Assembly: GCA_043228905.1 (NCBI GenBank)
Contig: JBHGNT010000022.1
Location: forward strand, 4,774,001-4,838,000
From: Azolla caroliniana
Taxonomy: Eukaryota; Plantae; Polypodiophyta
Reading direction: 5' to 3'
Length of the DNA: 64,000 nucleotides
Shown here: positions 1 to 10,746 of the stretch, piece by piece
Numbering within the stretch: the first letter of the stretch is position 1
Layout of the letters: every line of letters starts with the position of its first letter
Position numbers and translations under genes: made by a program
The notes under the pieces: model-generated
The model's input: only the letters and a program-made list of their open reading frames with translations
The model's database searches: none
What the model was told of the DNA's origin: nothing

Positions 1-777
1 TTGTGCGCGGATGCGTATACGGTGCGGGTTGGACGCGCGCGTGCGTGGATGCGTACACTACTACGTGGTCGAGACTTTTGCGCGCTGACGCGTCTACGGT
101 TTGGTTGCGACGCACATACGGATTGCGCACGGGCTAAACTTTATGGATGATTGTGTCATTTGGCCGAATTATACGGACAATCGCATGCAACCAAAAGCCA
201 AGGCCATACAACTAAAAGTAAAAAGGCATGCATGTAAAAATGGAAGCATGCGACTAAAAGCAGAGGCCATGCAACTAAAAATACAGGCCATCAAACTAAA
301 AGTGGGCATGCAAAGTAACATTGGGGGGGAGGATCAACGAGGAGCTCGATATATGTCCCATTTTTTTTCCCTCCTAGTTTTTTTCTTTTCTTTTCTTTTT
401 TTTCCCCTTCTTTCTTCTTCCCTCTCGGATTCGAGAAGAAAATTATCTCACATATTGATATCAAACTCTTAGCTTTGTTTACTTGATCTTTCTTATAAAA
501 AAATTATCTCTCGTATTCATATCGGACCACTCCTTGCATGGTTGTTGGCTCCTTTCTTTGAAAAACTGATCTCTCATTTCCATACCCAACCCATTGTAAC
601 ACGATTCTGAAATTATAAAGAATCGATTTTCTTTTGCAATAAACAAATGATTTGTCTCTCCCACTTGTCTTATGCTTAAAACTTGCTTGTGTTGTACGTG
701 TTGCACTAAATCCTTCTAGTCCAGAACCCCGGCGGTTCCACCTCACGATCCGCACATAGTGACGGATTTTCACGACA
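1..777 (+). mobile_element. 3' part of a Gypsy LTR (related to family B LTRs) inserted into ORF3 of Gypsy element A
   Basis: Ends ...GATTTTCACGACA at 777. The reverse complement of 730-777 matches the family-B LTR terminus at 19199-19250. ORF3 homology of element A breaks exactly here (…DELETAW|CREN). Contains ~21-bp GCATGCAACTAAAA repeats at 180-315. Confidence 0.8.
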
Positions 778-2115
778 CCAGGCCGTCTCCAGTTCATCGG
801 TTGTGACGAGCAACCGCTCCGTTTGCGCTCTTTCCTCTGCCTCTATGCATCCGACTACTCCGGCAATTTGTTCTCCTATCCACCGGAGCCATTGGCTGCC
901 GGTGCACTGTTGTTGCGCTTGCACGGAGAGTTGGCTGATGGGTTCACTCGCCGGGGGCTGGTCCTGCCTTACTGCGTCGAGCTGCGCTTCTAGTTCTGCC
1001 AGCTAACCACTTTGTCGTTCCGGCACTGAGTGTGTTTCGGCTAGTCGTCCCTTGTCTGCTTGTTCTTGGCCGGCTAGGAAGGTTGGCCTTTGTATATCCG
1101 ACTCTTGAGTTACGGGGCTTGCCGGTGCTGCCTGTTGTGCAGGGACTTCTGTGACTGGTTCCCTCCGAACCATTTCCAGTACCTCCCTTGGCGTGGGATG
1201 CTCAGCGTGAGTTGTGGGCGTTCCATCCTTCTGTGGGTCCGAACGCTTCTCGGTTGATTTTGCGATGCTCTTCACCGGCCGCCGTTGGAGGTGGTCTGTG
1301 GGTTCTTCCTCCATTTCCTCCGCCTGAGTCCCGACATTCATTCTTGCCGCCAGGGTGTCCATTTCCTGTTGCACCGGTCGGTGGAGTGGGCTCTTCACGG
1401 GCCGTGCCGGTGTCTCCTCGCTTGCATCCGTCGACCGCTTTCGGCTGGCGCGCTCCTTTGCCGCCTTCTCTGCGTCGGTTGTCTTCCCTTTAGTGGTCTT
1501 GGAAGCCAACAGTTGTTGCCGTTTCGAAGCAGGTTTCGGGGTGCCGTCCGTTGCTCTTCCCCGCTTCTTGGTTTGGACGGGCTCGACCGGTGGCGCCAAT
1601 AGGGTGAGCCATTGCGTCACCACATGCCATATTTTCCGGCCTTCCTTGCCGTCCTTTCCTCTTACTATATCAATCGTCGTACACAGCCCGTCGGCGATCA
1701 ACACCGGCCAATCCACCTTGACCCCTTCGTACGTTGCGATGATCAAGCCTGCTCAGTTCTGAGGCATGACGGGGGGTCGAGGGTACACGTGGCCAAACTC
1801 ATGGAGCACACGGGCAATTTCGCGAAATAGCATATCTTCGCCGCCCTCTGTCCTGTAGCCCTTGCTGGCGACAGAGTACTCACCGAAATATTTGATGAGC
1901 TGCTCGGAGGTCGGATTATCGATCGTGTAGATGCCTCCCTCCGGAAGGCCTATTAACGCACGGATTGCCTCCTCCGTGATCACTTCTGTGCCGATTTCTT
2001 TGATGATCTTTTCGGCCTCCTTGTGTGGCGCCGCCTCCATGATGGTTAAGAAAGCCTCCAGTCCGTGCTGCTGTAGCCATTTCTTGGCGGCTTCAGACAG
2101 CGTTTGGCAGTCCAT
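778..2115 (-). pseudogene. ORF3 (extra 3' ORF) of element A, disrupted
   Basis: ORFs 1753-2229, 1003-1746 and 706-924 align with ORF3 of element C (MDCQTLSEAAKKWL, IIATYEGVKVDWP, WLRWIGEQIAG). Confidence 0.9.
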
Positions 2116-2531
2116 CTCTGTGTCGAGGTCGGAGAGCGTTGGCGAGGTTTGGTGGTGGGGAGAGTGTGAGAGAGAAAGTTCTGAGGGAGGGGGTTCTCTA
2201 TGTGCGAGCTTTTTGCGATTAATCTTCACGGTCTGTCTGCGTCTGTTCTCCTTGGTTCGCGATAGGAGAAGGTCTCGATGCGTGGGGGTTTTTCTCTCTG
2301 CATCTTGACGCCTTTTTCGAGCCTCCGCATGTGCAGGTCGTGTACTATAATAGCATTGTGTGTCATGTGGCGGTGGTTTAATGTCCTATTCATAGCCCCT
2401 CGTACCTTTTCGACGTGCCTCTTTACTCCTCGTTTGCATGGTCATTTCCACCACTCCTTTCCATGATTTATTTGATTCCATTCTTTTTTTCTTTTTTTTT
2501 TCTTTTTTTTTTCTTTAAGTTATTTGTGTGG

Positions 2532-5500
2532 TTAATTTTTCTCCGGTCCTGTCGGACCCTTACCCGAAACGCGCACCTTGCCGGCCTCTTGACGGTTTGC
2601 CATCGTTATGCTTTCCCCGATTGCCGGCTCGTGCTCCTCCTTACCGACTTGGTGGTAGCCGTTTTCTTCACCAGTTGCCATTGTGGTTGGCCTGCCGGCG
2701 TCTGATTCGGTGGCGGCCCTTCGTTCAAATGGGTTCTTTGGCATAGGTCCTTTGTATGGTTTTAGTCTAAATCCGTTGACCCATTTACCCTGCACCTCGC
2801 CACCAAGTGTCCCTAACTGGTAGGATCCATTGAACTCGCGTGTGATCCAGTACGGTCCGATCCATCTAAACTGTAGTTTGCCTGGCATTTTACCCATCCG
2901 GGTCTGGAACACTAGTACTGGCTTGCCGATTCCGAACATCTTTTCGTTTCCCTTCCAGTGCCGATCTACAAATGCTTTCCGTCTCCGTTGTTCCAATTCC
3001 AGGTGCATAATGCTCGCCAGTCGGTGTTCTTCCAGTTCACACAGAGCCTTTAACCGAATTGCCTCCGATTCTTTTTCATTGAGTCGTTCCCGAATTTGAA
3101 TCCGTAAGCTCGGTATCTGGAACTCGACCAGCTTGACTGCCTCTAATCCGAATGCTAACCGAAACGGTGTTGTTCGGATGCTTGTCTTGTACGTTGTTTG
3201 GTAGGCCCAGAGCGCACTATGTAGCTTCGTATCCCAATCTGTCTGGTTTTCGTTGAAGATTTTCCGGAGGATATTCTGGAGCGTTTTGTTCGTCGACTCA
3301 GCTAACCCGTTTGCTTGCGGATAGTACGGTGTGCTTCGTTTATGTACTGCCGCATAGAACGTCGTCAAACTTTCTACCACCTATCCAAGAAAGTGCCCTC
3401 CTTGGTCGCTTATCAGCTCTATGGGGCATCCGTACCGGCACCAAATGCATTCGTATAAGAATTTCGCCGTTGACGCCGCGGTGTTGTGTCGTAGAGCTTT
3501 CGCTTCCACCCACTTAGTGCAGTAATTTGTCACGACGATCACGTACCGGTTACCGGTTCTCATTGCCGGTGGTTTAAATGGCCCGACAAAATCCAGCCCC
3601 CATTTCTAGAATGGTTCTAGTGGTAGGACTGGCTGATGCGGCATCCTAGCTTGTTCCGTTGGTTGGCCCATTCGCTGGCATAGATCACACTCTTTCGCGT
3701 ACCGGAATGCGTCTTTCAATGTAGTCGGCCACCATAGGCGACTTTGCCATATCTTCCTTGCCGTCGTATCCCCGGCATAATGACCTCCGGCGACTCCACA
3801 GTGTGCATCCCGTAGTATTACCTCCTTCTCGTCGCTGCACAGCACTCGTCTCCAGATACCGTCCGCACCTTTGTGGTATAGTGTGTCCTGTAATAAACAG
3901 ACGTGTCGGCTTTGTACCGCCAGGCGCTTCCTCTCGTCCCAGTTCATCTCCTCCGGAGGCAATCCGGTACTCAGAAACTGGTGCATATTAGTTAGCCACT
4001 TATCTTCTTGTGCCACTGTTTCATCTGTTGCCGTTTCCGTGGTCACTCGAAAAAGCTCTACATCCGGAAACTCGTCCGGTACTTCGTCACCCGTCTCCCC
4101 GGAATCTAACCGGCTTAGATACTCTGCTACCGCATGCTGTATGCCGGGTCGGTGGAATATCTCGAATTCGAACTCTTGCAACAGCAAAGTCCACTGGGCC
4201 AACTTACCGATAAGTGACGCTTTAGATACTAGGTAGAGGAGTGCCGAATGATCTACATGGAAGGAGAACTTTCTTCCCAATAAATAATGCCTGAATTTTG
4301 TTACACTATGATCATTCCTAAAGCTTCCCTCTCCGTGGTAGAATAATTTCGTTCCGCTTGGGATAGCTTCCGGCTGGCATAGTACACTGGCCGGTACCAC
4401 CTTGGCTCCGTAAGCTGCATGAGCGCATTGCCGATTGCGATGTCGGAGGCGTCCACGAACACATGAAACTCTTTACTCCAATCCGGAAGCTGCACTACGG
4501 GTTACAGGTGCTTGTGACAATAACACCTTTAGTGCCCGGTACGCCTTGTCTTCGATGTCGGTCCATTGGAATGGTGTTCGATGTACTACCGCATGTAGAG
4601 GTGTAGCCAGGTCCGCCAAATATCGGAGCATACGGCTATGCCAGCGGATTTGTCCTAAGAAACGGCTCAATGCCTTTGCCGTTGCCGGTGCCGGTGCTTC
4701 CAGGATTGCTTTCAATTTGTCCGGATCTACGGCAATGCCTTCCCTACTCACAATATGCCCTAGTAGTGTTCCGATGGATACTCCAAATACACACTTCGCC
4801 GGATTCAGGCTTAGCCGGTACACCCTACACTTCTCTAGACATAGTCTGAGATGCTGCAAATGATCTTCTTCTCGGCTATAGACGGCGAAGTCGTCAAGGA
4901 ACACCTGCATAAAAGCCGGTATGTATTCGCCAAAGATCTCCATGATGATCCGTTGGAATGTTGCTGGTGCCGTTTTCAGTCCGAACATCATGACCACGGA
5001 AACAAACACTCCCCATTCGGTGACGAAAGCTATTTTCTCTTGATCATTAGGGTGCATCCGGATCTGATTATACCTGCTGAATCCGTCTAAGAAACTGTAG
5101 ACTTCATGGCTGGCGACAGCATCCAAAACTCCATCCGTAAACGGAAGTGGAAATGCATCCGTTACCGTTGCCGCATTGAGCTTCCCGTAGTCGACACACA
5201 CTCTAATTTTGTCGTTCTTCTTCGGTACGACTACGATCGGGCTCAGCCATGTAGATTTCTTTACAGGACGGATGAAGCCAACCCTCAGCAATTTGTCGAT
5301 CTCCTCCTTGACTTTGACGGCGTAGTTTGGGTTCATCCGGTACTGACGTTGTGCTACCGGCTTAGCGTCTTTGCTCGGGTGTATCTGGTGCTGATACAAC
5401 TAAGGATCCAGCCCCCTCATATCCTCGTAAGACCAGGCAAATACGTCACGAAACTCGTTGAGTGTAATTATCGCCGTTTTGTTCTCTGCATTCATTTCTT

Positions 5501-8307
5501 TGGCGATGTGCACCGGTTTTGCCTCCTCCGCCGTTCCTAGATTTACCTCTTCTAATTGAGACGCTTTTACGCGCTGTGATATGGCCATTTCTCTTTCCAA
5601 CGCCTCCTGCGCTTGCCGTAACTCCCAGATTGCTTCTTTATCCGGTTCCGTCCGGTTGTAGTAAGTAGGGTGATATCGCTTCGTCGACGTCAATTTCGAA
5701 TAGGGGTACAATCTTCGGGTTCTCTTGCAAGTACTGATCTTCTTCGTCGTCTGCTAATCCTTCCAGCATATTGACGCACTCCGCATATAACGGTGTCAGA
5801 TCCTTGCCGGTGCCCTTCCTTGGTTGTGTTGGTACCCGTACCTTTGCTTTTCCCCGCCGAAACGTAATCATATTCCTCCTCCAGTTCTGCTTGATGTGTG
5901 CCGTCTTTAACCAAGGGCGTCCCAACAATAATGGGTACACTCCTTGAGCCTGCAACTGGAGAACTACGGCTGAGATTCGGAATGTGTGGCCCCCGATGGT
6001 TACTTCTAAGTCCCGTATTAATCCTGTCGGTCGCACCGAGCTTGTGTCTGCCATTCGAAGCCAGAACGGACATGGCTCCCACTCTTGGATTCCAAGAGCA
6101 TCGCACGTCCAGAGGCTTATTACATTAACGCCGGAGCCTCCACCTATTATCGTGTCGGGGAGTCCTTTCCCTTTCACAATGGCAGTAATTGTCAGACTGT
6201 TGGTGTCCACCTCAATCGGTCCCTCCTCTGGGTTTGAGAAGAATGTCGGAGCCGGTGGTGTGTCGCCTGTCGTCATGCCGGACTTGAGTCCTTCTGTGAA
6301 TCTTGGTACTAGTTGCAAGAGTCGTCCTAACGGCAGCGTGATCTGGCATTCCTGCAATACCTGCCATGTCGCATTTTCGGACTGACTGCCGCCGGCCAGC
6401 TCTTCGGTGTTCTCCTTTTGTTGCGCGAGTTCTGCTATGTTTCGCTCATTTGCCTTTTTCACCCATTCCGTTGCCTGTTTCCGGATGGCCTCTTGTGTCT
6501 CCCATTCCGTCGTCTTGCCCTTCGACCTTGTGGTGACCTGTTGTAGGTCTGCGACTTCGGCGACTACCATGTTTACTACCAGTCGCTTATCATAGCTCTT
6601 TGTCGGACATTGATTACTATAATGTCCTTCTTTCCGGCAATAATAGCAATATGCTTTCCGGGTATTGCTGGATTCGGCATTGTTTCCTGTACCCGGTGGA
6701 GGTCCTGTGGTAACCGCGGGGCTCTGGTCCGGTTGGCTGCTTGAGGCGCCTTTTTCCAGTTCACGTGGGTGGCTCCCGTCTTTGAAATGCCATTTTTTAT
6801 TAAAGTTCTTTTTGTTGCGGTACCCTTGTCGGGGTTGGTCGTCATACCTCCCGTAATCTTCCCGTCATTGGTGATAACCGGGGGAGTGATCTCGGTTGTG
6901 ATGCTCGTACCGTCCATTGTAATCTCGGTACTTGTCATATCTCTTGTACCGGTCATAGTTGTCTCGCTGATTGTCGTACCGGACATCCTGTGCCGGTCGA
7001 TATCACTCCTCTCGCCGCCAGCGTTCGTCTTCTTCGTCTCGGCTGCTACGTGGCTCGATTTGCCGGACTGGTGGTGCTTGCCGATTCAATAAGTTATATT
7101 CGCACCGGTCCATCGTGTGGCTCGTAGATTGGCAGAGTAAGCAGTGCGTCCGCATGGTGCACTCCAGTGACGAGTGTCCAGAATTCAAGCAGGTCGTGCA
7201 TTGGATTGCTTGCCGGAACCGGAGATCCTCATCGGTCGGTAACGCTCGTTGGAGGGCTCCCATTGTTAGCCAAGAGCTCGTTTTCTCCATTTCTCTAACC
7301 CGGTCAAAGACCTGGTCGACGGTGCTTGTGCGAAAGTCGATGACCATGCATACCGTTCGTAGAGGTTCCCGGAGCGCAGCTAAAAATATCGCCCGCGTTT
7401 CTTCCTCCGAAGGTGCGCGGGTAAGCTGACTGTGCATCCGTAGAAACCAGATGACAAACTGCGGAATGCTCTCCCTAGGGTCCTGCCGGATGGTATAAAA
7501 TAGGCCCACCATTTCTCTCTGGCCCACCTCCTTCTGAAAGAAGTGCAAGAATTTATCTTTCAGGTCCGCAAAGGTGGTGATGGTGCTGTGATCCTGCGTC
7601 CGGTGCCATCTGGCGGCCGGTCCTTCCAATGTCACGCCGAATTTGGCTATCTTAGATCGTTCCTCTTCTGCCGCGGTTAACCGTTGTGACACATGATTCG
7701 CCTCCCATGTTTGTTGAAACGCGTGAACATGGGCCTCCGCGTCCGGATCATCCCTATACTTGGAGTACTGGAAAGGCATGTCGTCGTCTGGTGTCGGTAC
7801 GCGGGCTGGTGGTGTCGGTGGTCTTTCGTGTTGTTTCGTCAGCGTCGGAGGTCTTTGCCGGTCTTTTTCCGTCTCCGGAGGTTGCTCCACGTCTAGTGCC
7901 GGAGGTTCCCGGTTTGCCAACTCTGGTTCCGGTGTCGGTAATGTATCCGACTCTTCGTCCTCTAGTCCTCCTGGGGTGTCGTTACTGTTGCGATAGTTCA
8001 TGTGCACGCTGTAACCCCCTTCTGAATCCAATTCCAGCGCTGAAAATGCTTCGGATTCGCCGTCTCTTCCAGCCAAGGCCTGGAGAAGGGTTTCCACTTC
8101 CCGGAGACTTCTTAAGCTGCTTCCTTCGTCCGAGTAGGCGTTTTGTTGCAAACGGAGCGACTTCTCCGCCACTTTCCGGATCACTTTGGAAAATGATCGA
8201 TCCGTTCAGATTTCTTCCGCTGCTTGCTAGAAAGCCTCTCGCCGCCTTCTCCGTTCAGCAAGTCTTCGTGCTCTCTCCGTAACCGGGTCGTCTGTTGGCC
8301 TAGTCAT
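2532..8307 (-). pseudogene. gag-protease-RT-RNaseH-integrase of element A, disrupted
   Basis: Zn knuckles, RT FLDD motif (QVFLDDFAVY), RNase H (FVDASD, TTEREAL), integrase HHCC and core, GPY motif, split over many ORFs. Confidence 0.95.
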
Positions 8308-8345
8308 CCATTCCCGCCGTTGTCACACTGCAATTGTGCAAGAAT

Positions 8346-8356
8346 CGTGGTCGCCA
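8346..8356 (-). promoter_or_regulatory. Primer-binding site TGGCGACCACG (tRNA-Arg(UCG)-like)
   Basis: Lies 7 nt inside the 5' LTR end. Complementary to the recalled 3' end of plant tRNA-Arg(UCG) (…GUGGUCGCCA). Confidence 0.75.
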
Positions 8357-8363
8357 AAAACTG

Positions 8364-8825
8364 TGTTAATCCTAGGGCCGGACATTAGCCTAACACAGGG
8401 TGTCCACTTAAGACACTTCACCAAAGGGTGGTACGGCAGAATGACTTACGGCACAACGCTTAATTAGACCTTAATTGGTTACTTAGCAATCCGTAATTAA
8501 CACGTGTAAGATATAACAATGAATACAGAATGGTAATCAACACTGGAAGATTAAGACAATAATCTCTATTAATTATCCGCTTTCGATTACATTATAACCG
8601 GGCCTTTATATAGGTCTCCGGTGCGAAATACAAAACGGTGCCAACCGGCACCTTTATGGGATCGGTCCGGATCCGGATCGGCATACCGATTCCAGTCCGT
8701 CCGTCCACATCTTCTCATATATTAATATCTATATTAAGATTACTAATTACAACAATTCCCGAATAAACTATTCCTTTTCACACTCTGATTTGGACCTCCT
8801 TAAGCCTTCTTGCCAGCCGGTAACA
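8364..8825 (-). repeat. 5' LTR of element A (462 bp, TG…CA)
   Basis: Starts TGTTACCGGC on the minus strand like the element C LTR. Shares GGACGGACGGACTGGAA, GGCACCGTTTTGTA, a TATA box and CCCTTTGGTGAAGTGTCT blocks. Confidence 0.9.
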
Positions 8826-9114
8826 TAGGAAACTACATTGATGTTAGAACCATGGTTGAGCCTTGGGGAGCCTCCATGATTATTCAAGATAGAGATCCGA
8901 GAGAGACATCTTAGCTATGTTTTCAACCATGGTTTTTAAAACACCATAGTGTTACCATAGTTATCGGATCTCAAATCACATCTCATATGTTTAGAGGGGT
9001 AAAGACGTGAGATGCTTTCTTGGTAAAGTTCTTGCAATCAAAATTTCAAGCATTCATTTTGCTTGTGTATTTTCTGAACCTCCTTATTTATATTGCATAC
9101 CCACAACTTGCATC

Positions 9115-9300
9115 ATGGAACAAGTTTTGAACGTTGTTGGAGCGATCTCTCCGACCAAGACTAATCAACTCCAATCTGCATCTCACACACAAGTTGAGAT
9201 CACTATTGAGCAATTGCTCACTACTACCTTGAATCAATTGGCCGAAATGAGGCAAGCGAATATGGCATTGGAAAAGAAATTCCAAGCATTGGAAAAGAAA
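9115..9300 (+). pseudogene. Possible N-terminal gag fragment of another truncated retroelement
   Basis: Short coiled-coil-like reading frame (LNQLAEMRQANMALEKKFQALEKK) that stops abruptly where the family-B LTR repeat begins. Confidence 0.3.
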
Positions 9301-9516
9301 CACACAAGTGAGGTTTACACACGGGAGACACGATTTCGAACGCCTTTGTGAAAGAAGAGGTGCATGGGCAAGCCCAAACGCTCCCATGTCACAAGTCGCA
9401 CAAACACACAAGCAAGATTTACACTAACACGCAAGACACGTAAGTTTGAATGCCTTTGTGAAAGGAGAGGTGCATAGGCAAGCCCAAAACACTCCCTTGT
9501 CACAAGACACACAAGC

Positions 9517-10120
9517 TGTTGGGAGACAGGTCCCTCCGGATGGGAAGGGAGAAGGACAGTGCTGATAAGCAAACTCGGCCGAGGCCGAAACCGGATGAGG
9601 AGTACCCGGCTACGGAGAGCCGGATGGCGCAGACCCGGTGAGGAATGCCGAAACCGGATGAAGAGACATATTCGTAAATATGTTTCTGAGAGTCCATCGA
9701 GGCTATATTTGTAAATAGCCAAAAAGTCATATTAGTATAAATATGACTTAGGGCAAACTTTTAGATTTTTACTATTGTTGTCATCCTTGTTGGTGCAAGG
9801 ATAGAGAGAGAGCGCGTAACTGTGTATAGAGAGAGAGAGAGAGAGAAAGAGGTCGTTGCCTCTGTTGTAACCGCCGCCTGTGGCGAAGATTGTGAGCACG
9901 AGGTCGTTGCCTCCGTGAACTCACTGTTGTACATTCTAACATAGTGATAGTTTGCAACCTGTGGGCTGCCGTGGTTTTTCCCTGTTTGGGTTTCCCACGT
10001 AAACATCATGTGTACTTTTCTCTTCTTTGTGTTGTGTTTTCATTTCCCCGTTTTCTGTGCATGAATCTAAGCTCGGTTGTGGCCGAGCGTTGCGTATAGC
10101 GGAACGTTTAGTTCCCGTCA
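9517..10120 (+). mobile_element. Solo LTR of a Tork/Tnt1-like Copia family (604 bp)
   Basis: TG…CA ends with a perfect CAAGC TSD (9512-9516 / 10121-10125). Shares its start (CAGGTCCCTCCGGAT) and the GTGGTTTTTCCC…TTTCCCACGT motif with LTRs at 36635 and 37614. Confidence 0.9.
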
Positions 10121-10360
10121 CAAGCAAATAAGCACAAACGACGATAACATATAAGACATGTAGGTTTGAATGCCTTTGTGAAAGGAGAGGTGCATGGGCA
10201 AGCCCGAAACGCTCACAAGACACACAAACAAATAAGCACAAATGACGATAACAAATAAGCACAATCAAGATTTACACATAAGACAAGTAGATGAATGAAA
10301 ACATTAGTTTATATCAATATAATAGATTCTTTTATAATATAAGAGTCGTGTTACAATGGG

Positions 10361-10704
10361 TGTTGTTGGGGTGGGGGGTGAAGCCATTCTAGGCTTCACC
10401 CCCCTCCCAAGGGGGTTAAGTTAGAGAGAGAGCTAGAGAGAAAGACAAATACACAAAGACACCAAAATGAGAGGGAAAAATGCCTATCTCATTACATGCC
10501 CATAAGGGGTTTATATAATACATCCAATATAACGGTTACATGACCGTTATAAATAAGACCGTTACACATTCTTGTACACATGCACATAATTGTGCATGTG
10601 TCGATACACATACTCACACACTCATTTACTTTACACATACACATCAACCACATCATTACACCTACCCTTATGCCTCCCCGTATATTCTTACGGGTAGGGT
10701 AACA
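10361..10704 (-). repeat. 3' LTR (344 bp) of the 2.4-kb element
   Basis: Minus strand reads TGTTACCC…TATATAAACCCC…CT-rich…AACAACA. Its termini match those of element C LTRs but the interior is unrelated. Confidence 0.75.
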
Positions 10705-10746
10705 CATGGCACACCTATGGGACAGTGCATTGCATGGTGAACCCAC
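10705..10746 (-). promoter_or_regulatory. tRNA-Arg-like 3'-end motif occupying the PPT position (CpG-decayed copy)
   Basis: Minus strand GTGGGTTC-ACCATGCAATGCACT-GTCCCATAGGTGTGCCA-TG|LTR, homologous to 33201-33240. Confidence 0.75.

Larger units (their letters stand above)
778..8825 (-). mobile_element. Ty3/Gypsy LTR retrotransposon A (degenerate, 3'-interrupted relative of element C at 23788-33659)
   Basis: 5' LTR, PBS, gag-pro-RT-RH-INT and ORF3 fragments are all co-linear with element C. Multiple stops and frameshifts. Confidence 0.95.
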
